NCBI GenBank assembly: GCA_965219415.1
Contig: OZ244742.1
Coordinates: 1,504,001-1,568,000, forward strand
Length of the DNA: 64,000 bases
Source of the DNA: Candidatus Marinacidobacterales bacterium
GTDB lineage: Bacteria > Acidobacteriota > Vicinamibacteria > Marinacidobacterales > DATDRI01
Reading direction: 5' to 3'
The notes under the pieces are model-generated. The model saw only the letters and a list, made by a program, of their open reading frames with translations. It was not told the DNA's origin and did not search any database. Numbering within the stretch: the first letter of the stretch is position 1; every line of letters starts with the position of its first letter. Both the position numbers and the translations under genes were made by a program. Positions 9,224-18,445 of this stretch are shown here, in pieces.

Positions 9224-10806
9224 ACGACGCAGGTGTCCGCCAGCCGATCGTGAAGCCCACGCTTGTCATCAGAAACGGCAATCAGCAGGAAGCCGATACC
9301 GAGCACGAAGCTATTGATAGTGTATCCCATCAACCTCAACATAGCGCGCCGCCATCCAATAGGCGTCTCCCCGGACATGGTGACTACGCTAAGGCCGAGA
9401 ATCTGCTTGCCGGGGGTCGCCCCACGTAGTGCCCAGAAGTAGACCGGATACACGATGGAAAGCACGAGGGTAACGATTCCGCCAACGATCGGGAGAAGAA
9501 ACATGCTCGGCGTGACCTGGGGCAGACTACCCATCGTACCCTGCTCCATGAGAGAAAACGCCCATACCCCTGTGGCCAAGATGATCGGCAAGCTCACGAT
9601 GGCGGAATCGACGGAATAAGCCGCGAACCGTATCCAAAAGCCGGCCGGCCGGCCCATCGTAGCTTGAGACCCCGTTGACGGTCGTCGACTCGCGGCTCGC
9701 GGCGACGATCGAATTTGCCGGATCGGTGCGGGCGCTCTTTGTGGTTCGGCCGGTTCAGGTTGAGGAACCACGGAGCCAGAGACCCGGCCCACTGGAGCCC
9801 CGTCGTCGGGAGGCACTCCTATGGCATCGCGCGGGTTTTTGACATCAGCTGGCGCCGAGCTCGGTGCTGCGCTTCCTGGCGCGAGCGAGGAGTGAACCGG
9901 CACTGGTGGAGCGATGGGCGCCGGTTGTGGCTTCGCAGGTGCGACGGGCTGAGGCTGCGCAGGTGCAACGGGCTGAGGCTGCACTGGAGCGGGTTGAGGT
10001 TGTATTGGTGCAACGGGTTGAGGTTGTATTGGTGCAACGGGTTGAGGCTGCGCTGGAACGGGTTGAGGTTGTACTGGTGCAACGGGTTGAGGCTGCGCTG
10101 GAACGGATTGAGGTTGTACTGGTGCAACGGGTTGAGGATGCGCAGGCGTGAGGGGCTGAGGCTGCGCAGATGAAGCGGGTGGAACAGGTTGAGCCGGCCC
10201 GCCGGCATGAGGGCGCGGCACTTCGCTCAACAGGACTTTTCCGCAAGCCCCACAAAACTTGGCGGGAAGCATCACTACCGCACTGCAGCTCTTGCAAGCG
10301 ATCTGCTTGGCGGAAGAGTCGGGTAGCTGTTCACCACACTGGCGGCAAAAGTGGTCGAAAGGACTAGCCTGCTCTCCGCAGGCGACGCACGAGAGTCCGG
10401 CCTGGCCTGGTTGGCGCGGGACCCTTGGTAGCGCAGAAGGAAGTGGCGAGGCCGGTGTGACCGGCATGGGTTGCGTGGCCAGCGGGCCAGCAACCGGAGG
10501 GGATGCGTCTACCGCGTTCTCGGCGGCGAAAAGTAGCCGCGCCGACCCGATGGCGATGAGATCGCCATCTCGGAGCGGTTGCTCGCCCACGACTCGATCG
10601 CCATTGACCAGAGTTCCATTGGAGCTACTGTTGTCGCGGATCACAAACTCTTCGCCCCGGCGCTCGAGGATCGCGTGACGACGTGACACCATCGCGTCCG
10701 ATAGCACAAGATCGTTCGAGGGATCGCGGCCGATCGAAACGATCTTGCCGTCAACCGGAATTTCCTTCTTCGCGCCGGACGTCGGGTTGATGATCAACTT
10801 GGCCAA
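9211..10806 (-). CDS. FHA + double zinc ribbon + Pro/Gln-rich linker + RDD membrane domain protein
   Basis: FHA IGRD..SRRHA..SSNGT; four CxxC pairs; PQ repeats; RDD 'AGFWIRFAAYSVD...GATPGK...RGLHDRLADT'. Confidence 0.9.
   Translation of the reverse strand: MAKLIINPTSGAKKEIPVDGKIVSIGRDPSNDLVLSDAMVSRRHAILERRGEEFVIRDNSSSNGTLVNGDRVVGEQPLRDGDLIAIGSARLLFAAENAVDASPPVAGPLATQPMPVTPASPLPSALPRVPRQPGQAGLSCVACGEQASPFDHFCRQCGEQLPDSSAKQIACKSCSAVVMLPAKFCGACGKVLLSEVPRPHAGGPAQPVPPASSAQPQPLTPAHPQPVAPVQPQSVPAQPQPVAPVQPQPVPAQPQPVAPIQPQPVAPIQPQPAPVQPQPVAPAQPQPVAPAKPQPAPIAPPVPVHSSLAPGSAAPSSAPADVKNPRDAIGVPPDDGAPVGRVSGSVVPQPEPAEPQRAPAPIRQIRSSPRAASRRPSTGSQATMGRPAGFWIRFAAYSVDSAIVSLPIILATGVWAFSLMEQGTMGSLPQVTPSMFLLPIVGGIVTLVLSIVYPVYFWALRGATPGKQILGLSVVTMSGETPIGWRRAMLRLMGYTINSFVLGIGFLLIAVSDDKRGLHDRLADTCVVWRS
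9900..10195 (-). repeat. Coding tandem repeat (PVAPVQPQ-type units)
   Basis: Repeated GGTGCAACGGGTTGAGG-containing units of 21-24 bp. Confidence 0.9.
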
Positions 10807-10809
10807 GAC

Positions 10810-13097
10810 TCACTTACCCCTTCGAAATGTAAACCGCTTGCGCATTCGCAGCTTGACGCGGACGCCATTCTTGGTGGCCGGCTCATGCCGCCAAGCGCTT
10901 ATGGTATCGATGACCGCTTGGTCGAAGACATCTCCTCCGGACTGCTCGACTTCAATCGCTTCCACCGTTCCCGTCTCGGTGACGATGAAACTGACTTGCA
11001 CTGAGCCTTCCAGCTTCGCTCGACGAGCCACCTCGGGGTACCTCACCCCTGGGCACTTGATGCATTTGGGGTCGACAACTCCCGGCCCTCGCTCCACCAG
11101 GTCGCCCTCACTCACCTTGAGAGTAACGGGCGCCGGCTGGGGTTGTTCCTTTTCGCGTGGCTCAAGCGTCGCGGAGATGCGCTCGGTCGCTCCAGCTCTC
11201 AGTGCGATTCTTGTTTCCCATCGGTTCGAAGCCCATCTTCTGCAGCCGAATCGTGCGCTGGCCCGGATGGGCCCGGAGCCTCTGGAGCGGTGTGGTTCCC
11301 GCAGGCTTGCCGTCGACTAGAACCTGAGCGCCTGCCGGAGTGCTGTCGACACGGAGAACGCCAAGCTGAGGTTGGGGAGCCGGCTCACTCTTCAAAGGGA
11401 CACTCAAGGTGGCACGCGGGTTATCGGCATTGAGCTCGGCACTCAGTTCCTCGGCTTCGTACCCAGTTTTTTCCAAGCCGAACGGTGTAGCTCCCCAGCT
11501 CCAGCTCGAGAATCTCGAGTGGCGTCAATCCCAATTTCGCCCCGTTGATCAACACACTAGCGCCGATCGGCTCACTTTCGATCGAGAGAATGCCGCCCGG
11601 TTGCTCCAACACATCGGTGGCCACAGGCTTCGCTGCCGCAAGTTCACTCATCGCTACACCCGCCTCACTCACAGACGATGACGGCGACTGGGTCTTCCCT
11701 CCCGAGGTAGATAGCGTCATCACCGCTACCAAGCCGACGACGACGACAACCAACGCGGTTCCAACCGCAGCGACCAGTCCACACCGCTGCTGGCATAGTT
11801 GATGAACTGCTGCCAAGCTGGACGGAACGTGCTCACTCACCGATCGGGCGATTCGCGTCGGCAGGTTGGCTGCCGGTACTCCGGTGCGGGTCGGCGCTAA
11901 GCCCCCCGAGACGGTTCTGGTCTCGTCGCTAGGAGCCGAATCACCGCGTGCCGGAAGAGCTCGGGAGGAAACGGACTCTTTCGGCGTCTCTTCACTCGTC
12001 GAACCGATGTTCGCTTCCGAAGAGCCCCAGAACGCGGGGTTGTCTTTCACCGTCTCCGCTCCCCCTTCAAAAACCACCTCTTCGTCCTCATCTTCGACTC
12101 CGTCGTCCACTTCCATGAGATTGGCCGGCGCGGGTTCCTTTTCTTGCTTCTCGGGACCCGGCGGTGGCGGTGACGGACTACGGGAGGATGCAATCTTGTC
12201 GGGCGCGGTCATGTAGACTGTTTCACCCTCGAGTGACCCGAACCAGGAGCCTAAGACAGAGCTCCAGCTCGGAGACGAAATTTGCTCCCGTCCCGTACCG
12301 ATCCGGCGGGTTTTTGGAAAGGACTTTGGAGAACACTTGATGCCATTTGTCCGGCAAGAGTCCGAGCACCTCGAGGTTGGGAGGTCGGACTGGATCGGCG
12401 TGGACGAGCTTGTACAAGATCGACGTCACGTTGTTCCCGGGAAACGGTTGCTGCCCGGAAAGCATCTCGAAGGCAACGACGCCCAGAGAAAAGATATCGG
12501 ACCGGCCGTCCAGACTCTCACCCATCGCCTGCTCGGGCGACATGTAGCTAGGAGTACCTAGTAGAGATCCGCTGTGCGTGATGTCCGAGTCCCACCAGCT
12601 TCGCGATGCCGAAGTCGGTGACCTTCACCTTCTCCCCATCGTGAACGATGATGTTGGAGGGCTTGATGTCCCGGTGGATCACACCCTTGGCATGAGCGTA
12701 GTCGATGGCCGCCGCCATCTGGGATACCAACCCGATGACTTGCTCGGGCCGGAAATGTCTCCCTTCGCTCAAAACGTCGGCAATCGTTTCACCCGCGATG
12801 TACTCCATCGCCAGGAAAGGAACTTTGTCGTCCGTTTCCCCGATGTCGAAGAGGGTGACGATGTTGGGATGGGACAAATGTCCCAGAGATCCTCGCCTCG
12901 TGATAGAAGCGCTCGATGAACGTGCGGTAATGCGGGCTCTGCGGTGGAATGTCCAGGCGGATGGTCTTAATGGCGATCGTTCGCTTGATCAGCGGATCGA
13001 AGGCTTTGTAGACCGCGCCCATCGCGCCGAAGCCGATCGACTCGACGATCTGATAACGGCCGACTTTATTCGGGACCTCTTCTCGAGGAGCGTTCAA
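10810..13097 (-). CDS. Ser/Thr protein kinase with TM, PEGA domains and C-terminal TonB domain (several frameshifts)
   Basis: Fragments: IGFGAMGAVY/AIK, HRDIKPSN, DFG, GTPSYMSPEQ, DGRSDIFSLG; TM; PEGA (SEPIGASVLING, STPAGAQVLVDG); TonB_C (YPEVARRAKLEGSV). Confidence 0.88.
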
Positions 13098-13213
13098 GGA
13101 GACCCTCCAAGGGCCAGGACACTAGTCCGGAAACTCAAGAAGCTCGACGCCCAGAACAACAACGGTAACTGCCTCTAATTTAATTAACTTGAACCTATCA
13201 TAACCCTTTACGA

Positions 13214-13720
13214 GTGTCAATGCGGTTTGCTCCGACCACTTGGCGATTCGGCCCATTTCGCACTTTTCAATTGCCCCGCCCCGACCGGTCGAAGTTGCCA
13301 CTCGAGTTGCCTAATTGTAAGACCGGTTACATCGTCCCCGCCAAGAGACCGTTATTCTCGGGACAGCAGGCACCGATATCGGAGGGAAATACTAACACGT
13401 CGAGTGGGGCCGCTGGGCCGGACGCCGATTCCGTCCGAGCCATCAAAGCAGTCGGCGACCGCACCCGTCTTCAGATTCTCCACATCTTGCTCAGCGGCGA
13501 GGAGTGTGTGACCGACATCGCGCGCCAGCTAGGACTCGCCCAGCCGCGCATCTCCCACCACCTCACGATCCTGCGAAACTCCGGACTGGTAAGGGACCGA
13601 CGCAACGGCAAGCAGATCTTCTACTCGGTCAATCCCGACTTCCGGGTCAATTCCAACGGCGGCCCCACTAAGAACGCTATCCAGGTGGACTGCCTATGCA
13701 TCGAGTTCCCCCGGAGCTGA
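13214..13720 (+). CDS. ArsR/SmtB family transcriptional regulator (start uncertain)
   Basis: KAVGDRTRLQIL..ECVTDIA..QPRISHHLTILRNSGLV..RNGKQIFY. Confidence 0.85.
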   Translation: MSMRFAPTTWRFGPFRTFQLPRPDRSKLPLELPNCKTGYIVPAKRPLFSGQQAPISEGNTNTSSGAAGPDADSVRAIKAVGDRTRLQILHILLSGEECVTDIARQLGLAQPRISHHLTILRNSGLVRDRRNGKQIFYSVNPDFRVNSNGGPTKNAIQVDCLCIEFPRS

Positions 13721-13831
13721 AGCTCCCGCCTCTATCCCACGCGAAACCCAACGTTTACACCGAGCGCCGCGCTCGTCTGCGGGGCGAGCTATGATAGCCT
13801 TCGGACCGGGAGCGCGATCGAGACGGAACGA

Positions 13832-15463
13832 ATGATGGACTCGGCAAAAAAACTGGATTACCGGGAGCTCGCTTCCTACAAGCCCCTTTTTCTCGACTAC
13901 GTTTATCGTTTCGATCGCTTGGCGCCGTATTTCTCCGGCGACCCTGGTGATCCCGACGCGTGGCGTCGGGTAGCGAAGAAGGTCTCCGACTACCCGAGAC
14001 AACCCGAACGTGTCGCGAAAATGCTGCACCGACAAAACCGCAAGATGGGGGCCGACCCCGCGGTATCGAAAGCGCTCGACGCGCTCGCGAACGGCGCCTT
14101 GGCCATCGTGACTGGCCAGCAAGTAGGCCTCTTTGGGGGCCCTCTTTACAGCCTGTACAAGGCGCTTACCGCCGTTCAGCTTGCAAGAAAAATTAGCCCC
14201 ATGGTCGGCCGACCGGTGGTCGCCCTTTTCTGGATGGATGCCGACGATCACGACTTCGAAGAAATTAGCTCGGTGAATTTGATCGACCCATCGCAAGAAT
14301 TGCTCGCGCTGAGCTACCAACCGCCGGAGCTTCAAAAAGGTGCACCGGTCGGAGCTCTTCCCCTCGAGAGCTCCATCGAGGAACTGGTAGCGCGCGCCGG
14401 GGAGTGTCTCGGCCCGTCGGAGTTCAAGGAGGAAATCCTGGAGGCGCTGGGGGAAAGCTACGCGCCAGGAAGGACCCTCGCTGAGGCTTTCGGCAGTTGG
14501 CTGCTCCGCATGACCCGAGGAACCGGCCTGGCGGTCGTCGATCCCACCGCACCGTCACTCAAGTCCATGGCCGCTACGCTCTTTCAGCGTGAGACCTCTG
14601 ACAAGTCCGAGAGTACACGGCTCGTCGAAGAGACGACCCGCAAATTGGTATCCCAGGGCTACCACGCCCAAGCCGGCACCGCCGACCATCGGCTGAACGT
14701 GCTCTATTCCGATCCCGTTCGTTCCCACATCACCGTCGAAGACTCCGGCTTTCGTCTTTCCGACCATGGCTCCGCAATGAGCCCGGAGGAGCTTTCGAAG
14801 CTAGTCGACGAGTCACCAGAGCGTTTCAGCGCCAACGTCCTGCTGCGTCCGCTCGTTCAGGATCATCTGCTTCCCACGATTAGCTACGTGGGAGGGCCCA
14901 ACGAGTTGGCCTACCTCGCTCAGCTGGGTGCCGTCTACGACCACTTCGGGGTTCCCATGCCCCTGATCGTCCCGCGCTCCAGCATCACCGTTGTAGAGAA
15001 GGCAGCGGCAAAATTCTTGAGCCGCCATGGACTCAAGCTCTCGGACTTGCGCGCCAACGACGAATCGGTTTTGAACGATATCCTGAAAGACCTCGCGCCG
15101 CCGCAGCTAGACGAGGACCTTGCACGCGCCCGCACGTGCATCCAGGAAATCACGCAGACGTTGGAGAAAGATCTCGCCGCCGTCGATCCGACGCTAGCTT
15201 CGACCGCCAAGTCGACGCGTGGCAAGTTACTTCACCACCTCGGGGAGCTCGAAACCAAGAGCCGACGCGCGATCAAGAAAAAGAACGATACGCTGCGTCG
15301 CCAGTTCTTCTCCGCCCGAACCGCACTATTCCCGAATTTCGATATGCAGGAGCGACAGCTGTCGCCGGTTCAATATTTGGCCAAGTACGGCTGGCACTTC
15401 ACGGATATGGTGCGAGAGAGTATTGACATGGAGGAACCGGGGCACGTGTTGCTATTTCCTTAA
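13832..15463 (+). CDS. bshC: Bacillithiol biosynthesis cysteine-adding enzyme BshC
   Basis: VTGQQVGLFGGPLYSLYK, WMDADDHDFEE, SANVLLRPLVQD, GGPNELAY, QER. Confidence 0.93.
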   Translation: MMDSAKKLDYRELASYKPLFLDYVYRFDRLAPYFSGDPGDPDAWRRVAKKVSDYPRQPERVAKMLHRQNRKMGADPAVSKALDALANGALAIVTGQQVGLFGGPLYSLYKALTAVQLARKISPMVGRPVVALFWMDADDHDFEEISSVNLIDPSQELLALSYQPPELQKGAPVGALPLESSIEELVARAGECLGPSEFKEEILEALGESYAPGRTLAEAFGSWLLRMTRGTGLAVVDPTAPSLKSMAATLFQRETSDKSESTRLVEETTRKLVSQGYHAQAGTADHRLNVLYSDPVRSHITVEDSGFRLSDHGSAMSPEELSKLVDESPERFSANVLLRPLVQDHLLPTISYVGGPNELAYLAQLGAVYDHFGVPMPLIVPRSSITVVEKAAAKFLSRHGLKLSDLRANDESVLNDILKDLAPPQLDEDLARARTCIQEITQTLEKDLAAVDPTLASTAKSTRGKLLHHLGELETKSRRAIKKKNDTLRRQFFSARTALFPNFDMQERQLSPVQYLAKYGWHFTDMVRESIDMEEPGHVLLFP

Positions 15464-15771
15464 TTAGAGGTCGGTCGCCTCCTCTCTCAGCTGCACTCTC
15501 ACTCTTCGTTCGGGCGCTCGCGCGCCGTCGGCAAGCGACTACGCGCGGGCTGAGGGCTCTGGCTCCCTCCCGGCGCTCGCTCTTCGCTCGCGCGAAAAAC
15601 CATGGTTCCCTTACCCTGCATTCCGCCAACAATTCCTCCCGACCCGGCGGTGCTCACGCGCCGTTTGGCGAGGGCCCCCCGCCGAGACGCAGCGATCTTC
15701 TCTTGAATAAACGCCACGCCAGATGCAGCGGGACACTGCTTTCTTCTCCCTCGAGGCAACCTGACCCGAAA

Positions 15772-17160
15772 CTACCCTCCGGAAGCCTGGGGAGTGAGGG
15801 TGTATCCGAGAGCTTCGGCTGCCTTTTGTAAACCGTTGATGTGGTTTTGGCGAAAACGGTCTTCGAAGGCGCGTTCGCCGATATCGATGTAATCGTGGCC
15901 ATATTTGAGCATGCGGAAGACGAGCTGGGCGAGCTTGCGTGCTGTAGCAAAGACGGCGGTTTTGCCATCTTTACGGCGAGCAGTGCGGCGATAGTAAGCG
16001 CCTAGGGCGGTCTTGGAGCGGGAGAGAGATACAGCGGCCATACGTAAGGCACCGGCGATGCGATTGGAGCCGGTGCCGTTGCGGCGTTTGGAGAGTTGTT
16101 TACCGCCGGAGATAGGGCGACGTGGGGCGAGATGTAGCCATGAGACGAAGAATTTTTCGAAAGGGAAATCAGAGAGGTCGAATCCGATCTCGGTGAGGAC
16201 AATGGCGGCGGTGGTTGGACTGATTCCGTCGATCCTGGTGAGGTCGCATCCAGCAAAACGCCACAGCTCGTTGCGCAGTTCGCTCTCGCCCCGATGCTGC
16301 ATGTCGTATCGTTTTTGCGGATTTGGATGAGCTGGCACGTTGTGGTGTCTGCGTTGTGGCGGCTGGAGTTCGATGAGCACTTCAAGGATACGCTGGTCGA
16401 ACAGTTCGACTTCGGCTTGTAGCGCATCGTAGAGACGCAGAGCCGATGCGAGGTTGAAAAGATGCTCGTCACGCCAAGTGCCGGTAAGATGCTCGGCGAT
16501 CTCCTCTTCGCTCTTCTTGCAGCGTTGGTCACGAAATGCAGCCAGCTTTGACGGGTCACGCTCACCATCAACGATGGCGCGCACGATGAGCATGCCTGTG
16601 ACGCCGGTAATGTCGGTCACTGCACGATGGACCTGAACGTTCATTTGGTCCAGAGATTTCTGTATCCATTGAATAGCTCGACTACACTGCTCGATGAGGC
16701 TGCAACGCTGTCGGTGAAGCGAGCGTAGGCGGCAGATCGACTCACCAGGACGAAACGAGCCTCGCAACAGACCACAGCTGTGTAACAGCTGCAGCCACTG
16801 ACAGTCATGCATATCGGTTTTACGCCCGGGGACGTTTTTTAACTGTCGAGCATTTACCAGCACCACTTCAAGACCCCGCGATTCAAGCAACTCATAAATC
16901 GGAATCCAATAGACGTAGGTGCTTTCCATCGCAACCGATTCGACTCCTTGCTCGATGAGCCAATCCCCCATTTGATTCAAAGACGGTGTCGTTGGGGAAA
17001 ACACCCGCACGTTCACTTTACCGTCCGACAAGGCCGGCCCACATACCCAATGCTCACGACTGCCAATATCGATGCCTGCTACCTTCGACCTTGTCACCGG
17101 CAGCGATTGCGGCGACAGATTCTTCGACTTCCTACCACTCTTTTTCACGCGCTTGTGCAT
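15772..17160 (-). CDS. IS110 family DEDD transposase/recombinase
   Basis: AGIDIG, AMESTYVYW, KTDMHD (DEDD); C-terminal domain with ISGGK; ATARKLA. Confidence 0.95.
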   Translation of the reverse strand: MHKRVKKSGRKSKNLSPQSLPVTRSKVAGIDIGSREHWVCGPALSDGKVNVRVFSPTTPSLNQMGDWLIEQGVESVAMESTYVYWIPIYELLESRGLEVVLVNARQLKNVPGRKTDMHDCQWLQLLHSCGLLRGSFRPGESICRLRSLHRQRCSLIEQCSRAIQWIQKSLDQMNVQVHRAVTDITGVTGMLIVRAIVDGERDPSKLAAFRDQRCKKSEEEIAEHLTGTWRDEHLFNLASALRLYDALQAEVELFDQRILEVLIELQPPQRRHHNVPAHPNPQKRYDMQHRGESELRNELWRFAGCDLTRIDGISPTTAAIVLTEIGFDLSDFPFEKFFVSWLHLAPRRPISGGKQLSKRRNGTGSNRIAGALRMAAVSLSRSKTALGAYYRRTARRKDGKTAVFATARKLAQLVFRMLKYGHDYIDIGERAFEDRFRQNHINGLQKAAEALGYTLTPQASGG

Positions 17161-17442
17161 CACTGACCTCACATGTATTTTTGTGAGTGAAGGCTCCGGC
17201 CCGAGATGGCGATTGTTAGGATTCTGACCCTGGGGAGTGCTTCCGTTCAAAGCCTCGCCAATGATAGGGAGCCGGATCGGACCCAAGCTCGTCCTGGGGC
17301 ATTAGTGCACCAGTGGTGCTACGGGGTTTAGCTGCCGGGGCCTTCACCGACAACCCTTTTATCAGCTCAGGTAGTTTCTCGCCTGATAGGGCCGGCCTCA
17401 GCCGGCGGCCTTGCTCGTCCGGACGAGGTTTTTCTCTGGGAG
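17161..17442 (-). ncRNA. Candidate IS110 bridge RNA region (non-coding left end)
   Basis: ~280-nt non-coding end with nested stems (GGCTCC/GGAGCC, TGGCGA/TCGCCA, CTCGTCC/GGACGAG); contains a 7-mer identical to the element's other end. Confidence 0.6.
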
Positions 17443-17501
17443 CTGCGGTACCCCGCTTCGCCTCTTTCGCGAGGCGCCGAGTACGGACCACCCGAAAAAG
17501 G

Positions 17502-17549
17502 CGGGATTATGCACTTGACAAATACGTATTTGTCAAGTGCATAATCCCG
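17502..17549. repeat. Perfect 48-bp palindrome
   Basis: CGGGATTATGCACTTGACAAATAC|GTATTTGTCAAGTGCATAATCCCG. Confidence 0.95.
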
Positions 17550-17570
17550 GAAAAAGGCGTCAAATATTCC

Positions 17571-17599
17571 TTGACATGAATATTCTGTTATGAGAATAT
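17571..17599 (+). promoter_or_regulatory. Sigma70-type promoter with overlapping probable ArsR operator
   Basis: TTGACA at 17571; inverted repeat ATATTCT-N6-AGAATAT (17580-17599) just before the ArsR ATG at 17606. Confidence 0.65.
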
Positions 17600-17605
17600 A
17601 TCTGA

Positions 17606-17917
17606 ATGATCGAAACGTTCGTCGCGCTTGCCGAGCCTAACCGCTTGCGTATCATCGAGTTGTTGCGTGACGGACCACGCCCGGTGGGCGAAATCGGAGA
17701 CCGACTTCGCCTGCGCCAGCCGCAAACATCCAAGCATCTGCGAGTCTTGAAGAAAGCTGGACTCGTCGACGTGCGCCCCGACGCTCAGCGCCGGGTGTAC
17801 CAGCTGCGTGCTCAGCGGCTTCGCGAGCTCGACACGTGGCTGGATCCTTATCGGCAGTATTGGAGCGAAAGGCTCGACGCCCTGGAGAACATGCTTCGGA
17901 GTGAATCAGAGGAGTGA
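17606..17917 (+). CDS. ArsR family transcriptional regulator
   Basis: FVALAEPNRLRII..PVGEI..QPQTSKHLRVLKKAGLV..DAQRRVY. Confidence 0.92.
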   Translation: MIETFVALAEPNRLRIIELLRDGPRPVGEIGDRLRLRQPQTSKHLRVLKKAGLVDVRPDAQRRVYQLRAQRLRELDTWLDPYRQYWSERLDALENMLRSESEE

Positions 17918-17921
17918 ACCT

Positions 17922-18368
17922 ATGAGCTCGACCGCACCAGCAACCAAGATAACGCGGACCATCAACGCCCCCGCCGCCAAAGTGTTCGAAGCGTGGACAG
18001 ACGCGGACCAGCTGAAACGTTGGCTCGCACCCCATCCGTACGAGGTGCGCGAAGCGGCCGTGGACGCGCGACCAGGCGGTCGTTACCGAGTCGTCGCGGC
18101 GATCGAAGGCGAAGAGCCCCACACGACGACGGGCAAGTACCTGGAACTAGAGCCGGGGAGCCGCCTCGTGAAGACTTGGTTCTACCAGGGCCCCCTCGGT
18201 GACGACGTAACGCCCTCGGTGGTCACCGTTGATTTTCGTGAGGTCGCTCCAGGAGTGACCGAGCTCACGCTGACTCATGCGGAGCTCCGCGATGACGCAG
18301 ATGCCAGCGAGGGGTGGACGCTCATCCTGGACCAACTCGTGGCACTCTTCAAGGGGACGGAGGAGTAA
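17922..18368 (+). CDS. SRPBCC/AHSA1 domain protein
   Basis: ITRTINAPAAKVFEAWTD..DARPGGRY..TELTLTH..GW; classic ArsR-AHSA1 pair; RBS GAGGAG. Confidence 0.9.
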   Translation: MSSTAPATKITRTINAPAAKVFEAWTDADQLKRWLAPHPYEVREAAVDARPGGRYRVVAAIEGEEPHTTTGKYLELEPGSRLVKTWFYQGPLGDDVTPSVVTVDFREVAPGVTELTLTHAELRDDADASEGWTLILDQLVALFKGTEE

Positions 18369-18445
18369 TTCGACGTTGAACCGGCCGACGTTCTAGCCTA
18401 GAGGCTATGGGGAACTTGGCCTCTGCCTCCGAAACGGACGTGGGC

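Larger units (their letters stand above)
15761..17445 (-). mobile_element. IS110-family insertion sequence
   Basis: Transposase with long non-coding left end; shared CTG core at 15761-63 and 17443-45; imperfect subterminal inverted motif CTGACCCGAAAC / GTTTTTCTCTGGGAG; no long TSD. Confidence 0.8.
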
